From contig JBAXSP010000002.1 of NCBI GenBank assembly GCA_037130655.1, forward strand, positions 77,125-141,124: a DNA stretch of 64,000 nucleotides, written 5' to 3'. Shown here piece by piece: positions 28,687 to 38,173 of this stretch. Every line of letters starts with the position of its first letter. Within the stretch, counting starts at the first letter, position 1. The DNA comes from a bacterium. GTDB lineage: Bacteria > Patescibacteriota > Minisyncoccia > Phycocordibacterales > UBA9973. The notes beneath the pieces were generated by a model, which had not been told where the DNA came from, made no database searches, and worked only from the letters and a program-made list of their open reading frames with translations. A program made the position numbers and the translations under genes.

Positions 28687-29787
28687 CTATTTTTTAGTCA
28701 AAAATTCGGTAATGATTTGACGGACCAATGTGGCACTGTTGCCTTCATCCATCAAACGGACGCGTAATTCTTTGGATCCCGGGAATCCATGCACATATGC
28801 TTTGAAATGTTTTTTCATAATGGCGAAGTTTTTCACGTCACCCAATTTCTTTTCAAAAAGTTCTGAATGTTCAATGAGGACACGGAGTTTTTCTTCGGTT
28901 GGAATGTCTTTGGTGTTTTTGAGCCAGTAGCGATTTTTCTTGCCGATAAGAGAAAAGATGAAGGTGCGGACAGGTGCGAAAAAATTTCCTATGAAATTTT
29001 TTCGCACCTGTTTTCCTGTTGTGCCCGCAAACAACCACGGATTTCCAAAAGCAGCACGCCCTACCATGATTCCATCACAACCAGTTTCTTTTGCGAGTTT
29101 TCGTCCTTGTTCAAGATTTTCTACATCACCATTTCCGATAATCAATGTCGGTATATTCATTTTGTCGCGTATCGCAACCACTTCTTTGACATATTCCCAC
29201 TTGGCTGGAACTTTCGACAAATCTTTGCGAGTACGTGCATGTATCGTCAAACACGCAATATCTTGTGACAACAGAAATGGAATCCATGTCCCAATCTCTA
29301 CATTGTTGTAACCAACACGAGTCTTCACTGATACGGGAATATTTTTTCCAGCATCTAGAATTCCATCTTTCGTTGCTTGAATGATAAGCGCTGCAATTTC
29401 TGGAGTTTTGATCATTGCAGAACCACAACCTTGTTTCTCGATACTTTTGTCTGGACACCCCATATTGATATCGATACCGTCGAAACCAAGTTCGGCGACA
29501 AACTTCGCCGCTTGTCGCATTTTCTCTACATTCGAAGAAAAGAGTTGCGCCACGATTGGTCGTTCACCTTCGGTATATTCGAGGTCTCGTTTCAGTACTT
29601 CCCGCCCTGCACTTGCTAGTCCGTCAGAAGAAACGAATTCAGTCCACAATACTTCTGGTTTACCATACTTCACAAACAAACTTCGAAATGCCACATCAGT
29701 CACATCAGCCATCGGCGCCAAGGCAAAAAAAGGATTTCCATCCCCTCGGTGCTCTTTTTTCAATTGTTCCCAAAAACCCATTTGCAT
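28687..29787 (-). CDS. dus: tRNA-dihydrouridine synthase
   Basis: LAPMADVTDVAFR Dus N-terminal signature and TIM-barrel FMN motifs. Confidence 0.85.
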   Translation of the reverse strand: MQMGFWEQLKKEHRGDGNPFFALAPMADVTDVAFRSLFVKYGKPEVLWTEFVSSDGLASAGREVLKRDLEYTEGERPIVAQLFSSNVEKMRQAAKFVAELGFDGIDINMGCPDKSIEKQGCGSAMIKTPEIAALIIQATKDGILDAGKNIPVSVKTRVGYNNVEIGTWIPFLLSQDIACLTIHARTRKDLSKVPAKWEYVKEVVAIRDKMNIPTLIIGNGDVENLEQGRKLAKETGCDGIMVGRAAFGNPWLFAGTTGKQVRKNFIGNFFAPVRTFIFSLIGKKNRYWLKNTKDIPTEEKLRVLIEHSELFEKKLGDVKNFAIMKKHFKAYVHGFPGSKELRVRLMDEGNSATLVRQIITEFLTKK

Positions 29788-29789
29788 AA

Positions 29790-30653
29790 TTACTTTGCTT
29801 TATAGAAAACTTTGTTTCCAAAACGTAAATCAATATATAGCATATTGAAAACGTTATTTCTATCTTTGAATACATCTGATGCAAGTACTGAGCTCAAATG
29901 CTCGCCAATCAAACTACTATCGTCAGTGAGTGATACCTTTATTTCAGTCACTTGATTTTGATTATTTTTTATATAAAAAGAAAAATCTGCATCTTCGGGT
30001 TGTTGTACAACATTGGTTACAGTAAGTCCCAATATTTTGATCTGTGCCAATAAATGACTGACAGATTCAAATTGTTCTTTGGTAAATCCATAGGTTCCAG
30101 GATTTTTGCGTGTTGTGCCGTAGAGGACAGTGTACACATCTCCTGAAATATATGGTGCGTAGCCAAACAAAAATCCATCTTTATCCATAAACAAACATTG
30201 CGAATTACTATCCATTCCAAGAGGAGCAACATCACTACCGCACCAAATATATTGCGAGTTATATTCTTTGATCGCAACATGCAATCCTTTGAAACCAACA
30301 CGACTAACTGAAATAGCTGAGATACGAGGAATGACTGATTGAATCTTATGTTCCATTCGGCCAGTGCTTATCAGTAGTGTATTTGATTTTGGAACAAGCC
30401 ACAGATACTTCCCACCGATTCGTTTATTGATCGTATCGACAATCATTTGCGGTTCAACAACAACGGCACCTTCGACAGTGATATTGTTGATCAAGAATTT
30501 TTGCCAGCGCAAAAAAAACACCACCCCAACAACAAACAATACAAAAAGAACTGAAAACGCGATACTCCATTTTGAGCGTTTACTTTTGCGTTCCTGCACA
30601 ATCTTTTGATTCGATTGTTTCAAGATATCTTTTGTATGACGAATGTTATCCAT
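29790..30653 (-). CDS. FtsQ-like (POTRA domain) cell-division protein
   Basis: Single N-terminal TM followed by a POTRA-like periplasmic domain. Confidence 0.5.
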   Translation of the reverse strand: MDNIRHTKDILKQSNQKIVQERKSKRSKWSIAFSVLFVLFVVGVVFFLRWQKFLINNITVEGAVVVEPQMIVDTINKRIGGKYLWLVPKSNTLLISTGRMEHKIQSVIPRISAISVSRVGFKGLHVAIKEYNSQYIWCGSDVAPLGMDSNSQCLFMDKDGFLFGYAPYISGDVYTVLYGTTRKNPGTYGFTKEQFESVSHLLAQIKILGLTVTNVVQQPEDADFSFYIKNNQNQVTEIKVSLTDDSSLIGEHLSSVLASDVFKDRNNVFNMLYIDLRFGNKVFYKAK

Positions 30654-30749
30654 TTATATTATTATAGCAAACTTATTTTATCTCGTATTGATTATTTGAC
30701 AAATATATTTTGATAAAGTATATTATTTTCGGAACAAAATATATACTTT

Positions 30750-31091
30750 ATGACAAGAGCAGAATACATGGCGACAAAAAGCCAGATTGAATCTTTTTTT
30801 ACACCAATGCTATTAGCAACAAAACTAACTACTCAGACATTTGCAATCGTATCAACAGTATTAATATCAATAGCATCATGGAACGGAATTTGTTTTTACA
30901 TAATTCCTCTTATATTAGGAGCTGTTACAGCAATTGGTTCTTATTACAACTACTACATACTGAAAGAATTACTATCAAAACAAGAAAGTTTTATTGAGTT
31001 ACTTAACAAGTCATTCGCAAAAGGAGAAACTCTTGAAACATTTTTATCTTCAAGAAAAATGGACTATTTCTTTCCTGACAGTGATCAATAG
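30750..31091 (+). CDS. small hypothetical membrane protein
   Basis: 2-3 TM segments. Confidence 0.4.
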   Translation: MTRAEYMATKSQIESFFTPMLLATKLTTQTFAIVSTVLISIASWNGICFYIIPLILGAVTAIGSYYNYYILKELLSKQESFIELLNKSFAKGETLETFLSSRKMDYFFPDSDQ

Positions 31092-31135
31092 TATCGAAAA
31101 CAAAAATCGCCCATCAGGCGATTTTCTTTTTTTTA

Positions 31136-32398
31136 TTACTTCCCAATCACCTCTTTCCCGAAATATTTCACCAATACTTCTGGAAGTTTAATCGTCCCAT
31201 CTGCTTGTTGGAAATTTTCTACCAATGAGACCAAGATTCGAGGAGTTGGAATTGCAGTACAGTTCAATGAGTGTGTGTATTGCATTTTGCCGTTCTCATC
31301 TTTGTATCTGATACCAAGTCGTCGAGTTTGAAAATCGTGGAAATATGATGCTGATGCAATTTCTCGATATTTTTCTTCTTTTGGTACCCAGAGATTGGTG
31401 TCATACATACGGACTTTTGCAAATCCCATATCACCCGTACAAGCATCAACAACTTCGTACGGAATACCGAGTGATTGAATAAATTCTTCAGTGTTTCTTT
31501 GTACTTCTTCGTGATACTTCACTGATTCAGTGTGACTTGCTTCACAAAGTATAACTTGTTCAAATTTATAAAATTCATGTACACGAATCAGTCCTTTGAC
31601 ATCTTTTGCGTGACTTCCTGCCTCGAGACGATAACATGGAGAAAATCCGAGCATCTTGATTGGCAATTGAGCCTTGTCCAATACTTCGTCCATATACATT
31701 CCCATCAGTGGCACTTCAGATGTTCCGACAAAATAATTGCCGTCTTGTGCTTTGTAAATATCAACTTCACCTTGTGGGATAAATCCGCAACCGAGCAATG
31801 ATTCACGCTTCACATTAATTGGAGGGATAATCGGATTGAATCCTTTCTTTGACCAAAATTCGAGTGCGTAATTCCAAATTGCAAAACACAGCCGTACACC
31901 ATCACCAGTCAAAAAGTATCCACGGAAGCCGTGCACTTTTGTACCACGTTCAACATCGAGCATGCCAAGTGCGGTCATGATTTCCATATGATCTTTTGGT
32001 TCGAAATCAAATTTTGGTTTGTCGCCCCAAGTAGTAACGACAACGTTATCATCTTCTGACTCACCTTGTGGAGCAGTGATGTCCGGCACGTTTGGTACCA
32101 ACAACATCATTCCTTGCCAATCATTCAAAACAGTCTTGTATGAATCTTCGAGTGCTTGGAGTTGTTCTTTGACTCCTTTCATTTCTTCAAGCAGTGTTGC
32201 TCTTTCAACATCAGTGGCTGATGGAATTTTTTCAGACACGGCATTTTGGCGTGCGCGCAATTCTTCGACTTGTCGCAACAAACCTAGTCGTTCTTCTTCT
32301 TTTGCAAGTAATGCATCAACGTCGAAATTGATGTGTTTTTTCTTGGCACCATCAGCTATTAAATCTTTGTTTTCTTTTATGAAGCGAATATCTAACAT
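31136..32398 (-). CDS. serS: seryl-tRNA synthetase
   Basis: Class II aaRS motifs with an N-terminal coiled-coil arm. The likely start is the MLDIRFIKEN Met at 32398, not the ORF-track start at 32515. Confidence 0.9.
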   Translation of the reverse strand: MLDIRFIKENKDLIADGAKKKHINFDVDALLAKEEERLGLLRQVEELRARQNAVSEKIPSATDVERATLLEEMKGVKEQLQALEDSYKTVLNDWQGMMLLVPNVPDITAPQGESEDDNVVVTTWGDKPKFDFEPKDHMEIMTALGMLDVERGTKVHGFRGYFLTGDGVRLCFAIWNYALEFWSKKGFNPIIPPINVKRESLLGCGFIPQGEVDIYKAQDGNYFVGTSEVPLMGMYMDEVLDKAQLPIKMLGFSPCYRLEAGSHAKDVKGLIRVHEFYKFEQVILCEASHTESVKYHEEVQRNTEEFIQSLGIPYEVVDACTGDMGFAKVRMYDTNLWVPKEEKYREIASASYFHDFQTRRLGIRYKDENGKMQYTHSLNCTAIPTPRILVSLVENFQQADGTIKLPEVLVKYFGKEVIGK

Positions 32399-32454
32399 AT
32401 TGGTGATTGTAGCAAATAATAGAAAAAAAGAAAAAGGCCTATGACAGGCCTTTT

Positions 32455-32664
32455 TTAAATCGTAATCCAAGTATTTTCCATTTCTTCCCAATTGACTTTT
32501 TTCCGAGCTAGGCAATCTCTCTGTTGCTGACGTAATCGAGCAAGTGTCTTGCGTTCATTTTTTACCTTTAGTTTTGAATAATCAACCGCTTTAAGTTTTT
32601 GACTTAGTAATTCAAGAAAATTCTCTTCTTTTCCTGTTAGTGGAAGTGATTTTTTGTGTCCCAT
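32455..32664 (-). CDS. small hypothetical protein
   Basis: 69-aa ORF, weak. Confidence 0.3.
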   Translation of the reverse strand: MGHKKSLPLTGKEENFLELLSQKLKAVDYSKLKVKNERKTLARLRQQQRDCLARKKVNWEEMENTWITI

Positions 32665-32705
32665 ATTCTTTTATATTTATTACCGCTCTAGACTATACTA
32701 TATAT

Positions 32706-33569
32706 ATGTATAGAATTCAAAAACTATCTCCAAATGACTTCCTTCCGCAATTACGTGAAATTCCTCAGCCACCAAAAGAACTCTATCTTGTCGGCGAACT
32801 TCCCGACCCCGATGAGTATGTGTATCTAGCAATTGTTGGTTCACGCAAACATACTTCGTACGGCAAAGATGTTGTCAAAAAATTGGTCGCATCACTCGCT
32901 GGAGAAAAAGTGGTGATTGTTTCAGGTCTCGCTATCGGTATCGATGGCATCGCACATCAATCAGCCATCGAGAATGGATTGAAAACCATCGCGATTCCAG
33001 GATCAGGACTTGATGACAATGTTATCTACCCACGAATTCATTTGAATCTTGCAAAACAAATTGTACAAAAAGGAGGCGCACTACTTTCCGAACTTGCACC
33101 AACAACTCGAGCAAATACGTGGACTTTCCCAATGCGAAATAGAATCATGGCAGGACTTTGTCGTGCAGTACTGATCATTGAAGCTGAAGAAAAATCTGGA
33201 ACACTCATCACCGCACGCATGGCCGTCGATTATAATCGTGATGTCTTAGTCGTGCCAGGCAATATCAATTCTCCTGCATCAAAAGGCACCAATCAATTTC
33301 TGCGACTCGGAGCAACACCGATTACTTGTCCGGAAGATTTATGGGAAGCACTCGGCATCAAAAAAGAAGTGACAAAAATAGTCAGTGAACAAATGCACAA
33401 TCTTTCTGATGACGAAAAAATAGTATTCGAACTCCTCATAGAACCAATGACCAAAGATGAAATTTTTGAACAAACCGATTTTGATATCGTGCAAATAAAT
33501 ACGATTTTGATGTTGCTTGAACTCAAAAATCTGACCAAAGAGGAATTTGGAAAAATACGAAGAATTTAA
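32706..33569 (+). CDS. dprA: DNA-processing protein DprA (Smf)
   Basis: AIVGSRKHTSYG ... GIDGIAHQSAIE ... VVPGNINSPASKGTNQF. Start chosen at the ATG inside tatactatatatATG. Confidence 0.85.
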   Translation: MYRIQKLSPNDFLPQLREIPQPPKELYLVGELPDPDEYVYLAIVGSRKHTSYGKDVVKKLVASLAGEKVVIVSGLAIGIDGIAHQSAIENGLKTIAIPGSGLDDNVIYPRIHLNLAKQIVQKGGALLSELAPTTRANTWTFPMRNRIMAGLCRAVLIIEAEEKSGTLITARMAVDYNRDVLVVPGNINSPASKGTNQFLRLGATPITCPEDLWEALGIKKEVTKIVSEQMHNLSDDEKIVFELLIEPMTKDEIFEQTDFDIVQINTILMLLELKNLTKEEFGKIRRI

Positions 33570-33625
33570 TTTTGTGGAAAACATAAATTTGCACAAATAT
33601 AAAAATGGTAGTATTAATAGGTCTT

Positions 33626-35926
33626 ATGTCAAAGAAACTACTAATCGTTGAGTCACCTTCAAAAGCCAAAACTATCGAGAAATATCTCGATGGCGCATAT
33701 ACCGTGCGTGCTTCTGTCGGACACATTCGCGATCTTCCAAAATCAAACAAAAAAGCTATCGATATTCCCGGTGGCTTTATTCCGTCATACGAAATCTCAA
33801 AAGGCAAAGAAAAAGTCGTTGACGAACTGCAATCACTCGGAGAAAAAGCAACAGAAATCTTACTCGCAACTGACCCGGACCGCGAAGGAGAAGCTATTTC
33901 TTGGCACCTCCAAGAATTACTCAAGGCTGACAAAAAAATCAAAGCACCAATCAAACGTGTGACTTTCCACGAAATCACCAAAGAAGCTGTTATCGAAGCA
34001 CTGAAACATCCGCGTGATATTGATGACAACTTGGTCAAAGCTCAAGAAGCTCGTCGCGTGCTCGACCGTTTGGTTGGTTATGATTTGTCAGGTTTGATCT
34101 GGAAAAAAGTTCGTTATGGACTTTCTGCTGGACGTGTACAATCCCCTGCGCTTCGTATTCTTTGTGAACGCGAACGCGAAATCAAAGCATTCATTCCAGA
34201 AACCTATTGGGTATTGTCAGGACTATTTGAAACAGCCAAGAAAGTGCAAATTAAACTAGCTTGTGAAGAAGAGCCTCGTGACCAAACAGCAGTACAAAAA
34301 ATACTCGAGCTTGGAAATGCGAATCAATGGTTTGTCACTGAACTAAAGACGAGTGAACAAAAGCGTTCACCTCGCGCACCGTTTACTACTTCGACATTAC
34401 AACAAACAGCTTCAACTCGTTTGGCTTTTTCTCCATCTCGCACAATGCAAATTGCACAGAAATTGTACGAGGCTGGACATATCACCTATATGCGTACTGA
34501 CTCGACAACGCTTTCAGAAACATCTATCGCGAGTATCAAAAGTGTTATCGAAAAACAATACGGAAAAGAAATGGTAGAACTCCGTACGTACAAAACAAAA
34601 TCAAAAAATGCTCAAGAAGCTCACGAAGCGATTCGTCCAACTCATCCCGAAAAAGCATCTGCAGGAACGACTGATGAACAAAAAGCATTGTACAAATTGA
34701 TTTGGGAACGAACCGTCTCATCACAAATGATTGATGCACAACTTTTGAAAACCAAAATTTCTGCAAACATCAAACAAGGTGGTATTCCAAATTTCTCTGC
34801 CAATGGTTCACGTTTGATCAAAGCTGGATGGCTAGCTTGTGAAAGTGCTGCTCGTGGTGAAGATGTAGAACTCCCTGAAGTAAAAGAGGGTGAAGAATTG
34901 GGCGTCATCGAACTTGGTTCACTAGAAAAACAAACAGAACCACCAAACAGATATTCTGAAGCTGGTCTCGTCAAAGAACTCGAAGCTCGTGGCATTGGAC
35001 GTCCTTCAACCTATGCGTCTATTATTCGTACCATCGAAGAACGTGGGTACGTGGAGAAAATCAATCGTTCCTTGAAGCCAACAGATACTGGTGAAGTAGT
35101 TTCTTCGTTCCTTGAAGAAAACTTCATGGAATATATCGGAGATGATTTCACTGCAGAAATGGAAAACGAGCTCGATGAAATTGCCGATGGAACACGTGGC
35201 TATACAAAAACATTGAAAGACTTTTATGGTCCGTTCACCAAACACATCAAAGAAAAAGATAAAATGGATAAGCTGACGACACTCGGTGTTGCTGATCCAA
35301 AATACAAATGTCCAAAATGTGGCAAAGACATGGTCATCAAATTGGGACGTGGAGGCAAATTCCTCTCTTGTGCAACATATCCAGATTGTGACGGGGCTTT
35401 GACAATCGACGGCGTTGAAATCAAAAAAGATGAACCAATTGCAATCGACCCAGAATCAGGACTTCCAATTTTTGTACTCACTGGACGATTTGGTCCATAT
35501 GTCCAAATTGGTGAAGTGGTCAAAAAGAAAACAGCGAAGAAAAAAGTAGCTAAAAAAACAACGAAAAAGAAAAAAAGTGAAACTGTATCTGACGAAGTGA
35601 TTGAAGAAAAAGCTGAAGAAGTTGTAAGTCCTAGAAATGGACGACGTGCAAGTATTCCAAAAGAAATTGATCCGAGTACTGTCACCGAAGAGATGGCGCT
35701 CAAATATTTGTCACTTCCTCGTGTGCTCGGGCAACACGAAGATGGAGTAGATGTGATTGCCAACGTCGGACGGTTTGGTCCATATGTCGGACACGAACGA
35801 AATTTCCGTTCAATCAAAAAACCACTCGATGTATACACGATCACACTCGACGAAGCACTCCATCTACTGGCACAAGAAAAAAAGCCCCGCGGTTTTCAGA
35901 AAAAGAAGCCGAATGGTGAGAAGTGA
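33626..35926 (+). CDS. topA: DNA topoisomerase I
   Basis: TOPRIM LLIVESPSKAKTIEKYL, active-site region, and C-terminal Zn ribbons (CPKCGKDM...CATYPDC). Confidence 0.9.
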   Translation: MSKKLLIVESPSKAKTIEKYLDGAYTVRASVGHIRDLPKSNKKAIDIPGGFIPSYEISKGKEKVVDELQSLGEKATEILLATDPDREGEAISWHLQELLKADKKIKAPIKRVTFHEITKEAVIEALKHPRDIDDNLVKAQEARRVLDRLVGYDLSGLIWKKVRYGLSAGRVQSPALRILCEREREIKAFIPETYWVLSGLFETAKKVQIKLACEEEPRDQTAVQKILELGNANQWFVTELKTSEQKRSPRAPFTTSTLQQTASTRLAFSPSRTMQIAQKLYEAGHITYMRTDSTTLSETSIASIKSVIEKQYGKEMVELRTYKTKSKNAQEAHEAIRPTHPEKASAGTTDEQKALYKLIWERTVSSQMIDAQLLKTKISANIKQGGIPNFSANGSRLIKAGWLACESAARGEDVELPEVKEGEELGVIELGSLEKQTEPPNRYSEAGLVKELEARGIGRPSTYASIIRTIEERGYVEKINRSLKPTDTGEVVSSFLEENFMEYIGDDFTAEMENELDEIADGTRGYTKTLKDFYGPFTKHIKEKDKMDKLTTLGVADPKYKCPKCGKDMVIKLGRGGKFLSCATYPDCDGALTIDGVEIKKDEPIAIDPESGLPIFVLTGRFGPYVQIGEVVKKKTAKKKVAKKTTKKKKSETVSDEVIEEKAEEVVSPRNGRRASIPKEIDPSTVTEEMALKYLSLPRVLGQHEDGVDVIANVGRFGPYVGHERNFRSIKKPLDVYTITLDEALHLLAQEKKPRGFQKKKPNGEK

Positions 35927-36016
35927 TGGGATCACTTCGCAAGACCTTTTGAGATAGATTTCGAGCCATGCGAAGAAATATATCCAAAAGGTGTACTGAA
36001 ACTGTAAGTTTTTCAG
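35914..36016 (-). repeat. family-1 structured repeat, copy D
   Basis: Minus-strand reading: ctgaaaaacTTACAgtttcag, gtacaccttttggatatatttcttcg...ctcgaaatctatctcaaaaggtcttgcg, then hairpin gaagtgatcccatcacttc. Overlaps the topA stop. Confidence 0.8.
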
Positions 36017-36044
36017 AAGAAAAAGAAAGACTAGTTAAAATATA

Positions 36045-36080
36045 AAAGGCCGAATTTTGTTTCTCAAAATTCGGCCTTTT
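36045..36080. terminator. bidirectional terminator between topA and parB
   Basis: aaaaggccgaattttgtttctcaaaattcggcctttt. Confidence 0.7.
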
Positions 36081-36086
36081 ATTATA

Positions 36087-37286
36087 CTAGAGTGAAAAAT
36101 TCTTCAAATTATACAAGTCATCAACAATCGTATCTGCAACCTGCTTTTCTTCTTTGGTACTATCATCTAGACTATCCAATCCTTCTTCTGTTTCAATCTT
36201 AAACTCTTCAGCTTCATCTTTAAACATTTGAACTTGCTGTTCAAACTCATTTATTTCTTTGTTCCCACTCAATTCAAGGTGTTGTATTTCAGGAATTTGA
36301 TTTACGATTTCTGCATGTTCACCCAATTCTAAATTCTGAACTTCAGGAATTTTTGAATTTCCTGACTGCTCATTCACCACTTCCAATTGATCACTATGTT
36401 CTTTTTTAACTTCAAACGCTTTCATAAAACGATTGATTGCATCATTTGGATCGTGTTTGATCTCACTTGATTTGAGTACACCTACCAATGAATCCAAGTC
36501 TTCATTCGAAAAGAAATCAATCAGAATCTGCCCGCCAACTGCTTTGCGTTCGATATGTACACGAGTCCCTAAAGATTCTTGTAGTGTCTTTTCGATACTA
36601 ACCAATTCTGGATCTTCTTTGTATTCATTCCTGCGAACTTTGTCAGTCGCGATTTTGCGAGACAAACGTTCTGCTTCACGCACAGTAATTTTTTTGTACA
36701 AAATCTCTTTGAACAATACGAGCTGTTCTTCCGGATGATCTTTCAACATGAGCAACGGACGTGTGTGACCTTCACTGATTTTTCCTTCAGACAATGCTTG
36801 CAAAATTTCTTCTGGTAACGCAAGAATACGAATCGTATTGGCAACATACTCACGACTCTTCCCCATTTTTTGTCCAATCTGTGTACTAGTAAAACCAAAT
36901 TTTTCTGAAAGTTGTTTGAATGCTTTTGCTCGTTCTACCGCATTCAAATCTTCACGTTGCAAGTTCTCAATGATAGCCAATTCAAACTTCATCAAGTTAT
37001 CATCTCCAATACGAATGACGACAGGTACTTGCGAAACCCCTGCAAGCTTTGATGCGCGCAACCGTCGCTCTCCTGCAATCAATTCATATTCTGTAGTCAT
37101 TCCCCCATCTTCAGTATCACGTTCAACACGAGATACAACAAGTGGTTGCAATATTCCATAGATACGAATAGAGTCCGCCAAATCACGCAACTTGTCTTCC
37201 TCGAATTCACGACGAGGCTGATATGGATTTGGCTTGATTTTGTCGACATCAATCCAGAATATTGAGTTTGAATACAGTTGCGCCAT
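36087..37286 (-). CDS. parB: ParB/Spo0J-like partition protein with an extended acidic C-terminus
   Basis: ParB box LIAGERRLRASKLAG and HTH region. The C-terminal ~150 aa is a glutamate-rich repeat. Confidence 0.8.
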   Translation of the reverse strand: MAQLYSNSIFWIDVDKIKPNPYQPRREFEEDKLRDLADSIRIYGILQPLVVSRVERDTEDGGMTTEYELIAGERRLRASKLAGVSQVPVVIRIGDDNLMKFELAIIENLQREDLNAVERAKAFKQLSEKFGFTSTQIGQKMGKSREYVANTIRILALPEEILQALSEGKISEGHTRPLLMLKDHPEEQLVLFKEILYKKITVREAERLSRKIATDKVRRNEYKEDPELVSIEKTLQESLGTRVHIERKAVGGQILIDFFSNEDLDSLVGVLKSSEIKHDPNDAINRFMKAFEVKKEHSDQLEVVNEQSGNSKIPEVQNLELGEHAEIVNQIPEIQHLELSGNKEINEFEQQVQMFKDEAEEFKIETEEGLDSLDDSTKEEKQVADTIVDDLYNLKNFSL

Positions 37287-37421
37287 AGGAAAAATGAATT
37301 AACGTGTTACTAATTTATAGAAATATTTTAACACAAAAGACCAAAACTCGTTATGTGTTTGAAATAAAAAGATGATTGATTTTAAGCAGATTTTGTTATA
37401 TTATAAAAAAGTCATTCAATT

Positions 37422-37502
37422 GCCGGAGTGGCGGAATGGTAGACGCGCTCGACTCAAAATCGAGTTTCGAAAGAGGTGGAGGTTCGAGTCCTCTCTCCGG
37501 CA
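37422..37502 (+). tRNA. tRNA-Leu (CAA)
   Basis: Acceptor GCCGGAG/CTCCGGC, anticodon stem CTCGA/TCGAG with loop CTCAAAA, long variable arm, T-loop TTCGAGT. Confidence 0.8.
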
Positions 37503-37534
37503 CAAAAAAAAATCACCGTAAGGTGATTTTTTGA

Positions 37535-37669
37535 TGCCGGAGAGAGCGCAAGTATTTTGTTAGACAAAATACGAGCACGGACTCGAAAAGCTTTTGTGAT
37601 AGATTTCAAGTTATACGAAGAAATATATCCAAAAGGTGTACTGCGCCTGTAAGGCGAGAGTCCTCTCCG
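37535..37669 (-). repeat. family-1 structured repeat, copy E (antisense to tRNA-Leu-CAA, ends in a tRNA-Leu 3'-end mimic)
   Basis: Minus-strand reading: gcgccTTACAggcgc, gtacaccttttggatatatttcttcg...cttgaaatctatcacaaaag, then ttcgagtccgtgctc, hairpin gtattttgtctaacaaaatac, and ctctctccggca (identical to the tRNA-Leu acceptor 3' end). Confidence 0.75.
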
Positions 37670-37731
37670 TTTCTTTAAAAAACCCAACACATAGTGTTGG
37701 GTCTAAAGCAAAAAAAACAGACTGCTTACAT

Positions 37732-38124
37732 TCATTTACCTATTTTTGTTTCGTATAAAACCTGAACGGATTCAATAATATTCACCGGTATAGTAAATTT
37801 GTGTTCAGTTTTTAGATAACGAGAATCATCATGTATCTCTGAATTACCTGACCAGTATTCGTACTTCTGAACTTCGATCTGCTGTTCCTTCTTGTCTACA
37901 GACAGAACTATGGCAGTAAGATGAAGTTTTTTATTCTGACCTACTAATAATGACCAGCCATTCTGAGAATAATCATATTCTTTCGAATAATGTTGAGCAA
38001 AATATTCACCAGCATTTTCTTTGAAGTGAAAATGCATAGGTATTTTATCAGATTGTAAAAAAGACAGGATAATGAATTTTTCATCGTCAGAACTTTGAGC
38101 AAAAAATTTATTTTTAGTGTGCAT
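37732..38124 (-). CDS. hypothetical protein
   Basis: ORF with a downstream terminator hairpin (cccaacacatagtgttggg). Confidence 0.4.
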   Translation of the reverse strand: MHTKNKFFAQSSDDEKFIILSFLQSDKIPMHFHFKENAGEYFAQHYSKEYDYSQNGWSLLVGQNKKLHLTAIVLSVDKKEQQIEVQKYEYWSGNSEIHDDSRYLKTEHKFTIPVNIIESVQVLYETKIGK

Positions 38125-38173
38125 GTTATTTATTTAAAAACTCCATTTGTAAAATAACACAAAAGATGCTATT

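Noticed and set aside
33523-35844. Minus-strand ORFs 33523..34038, 34642..34995 and 35224..35844 inside topA
   Set aside because: They are antisense to topA, which has unambiguous TOPRIM and Zn-ribbon motifs. The S/T/P-rich low-complexity translations are typical of antisense frames.
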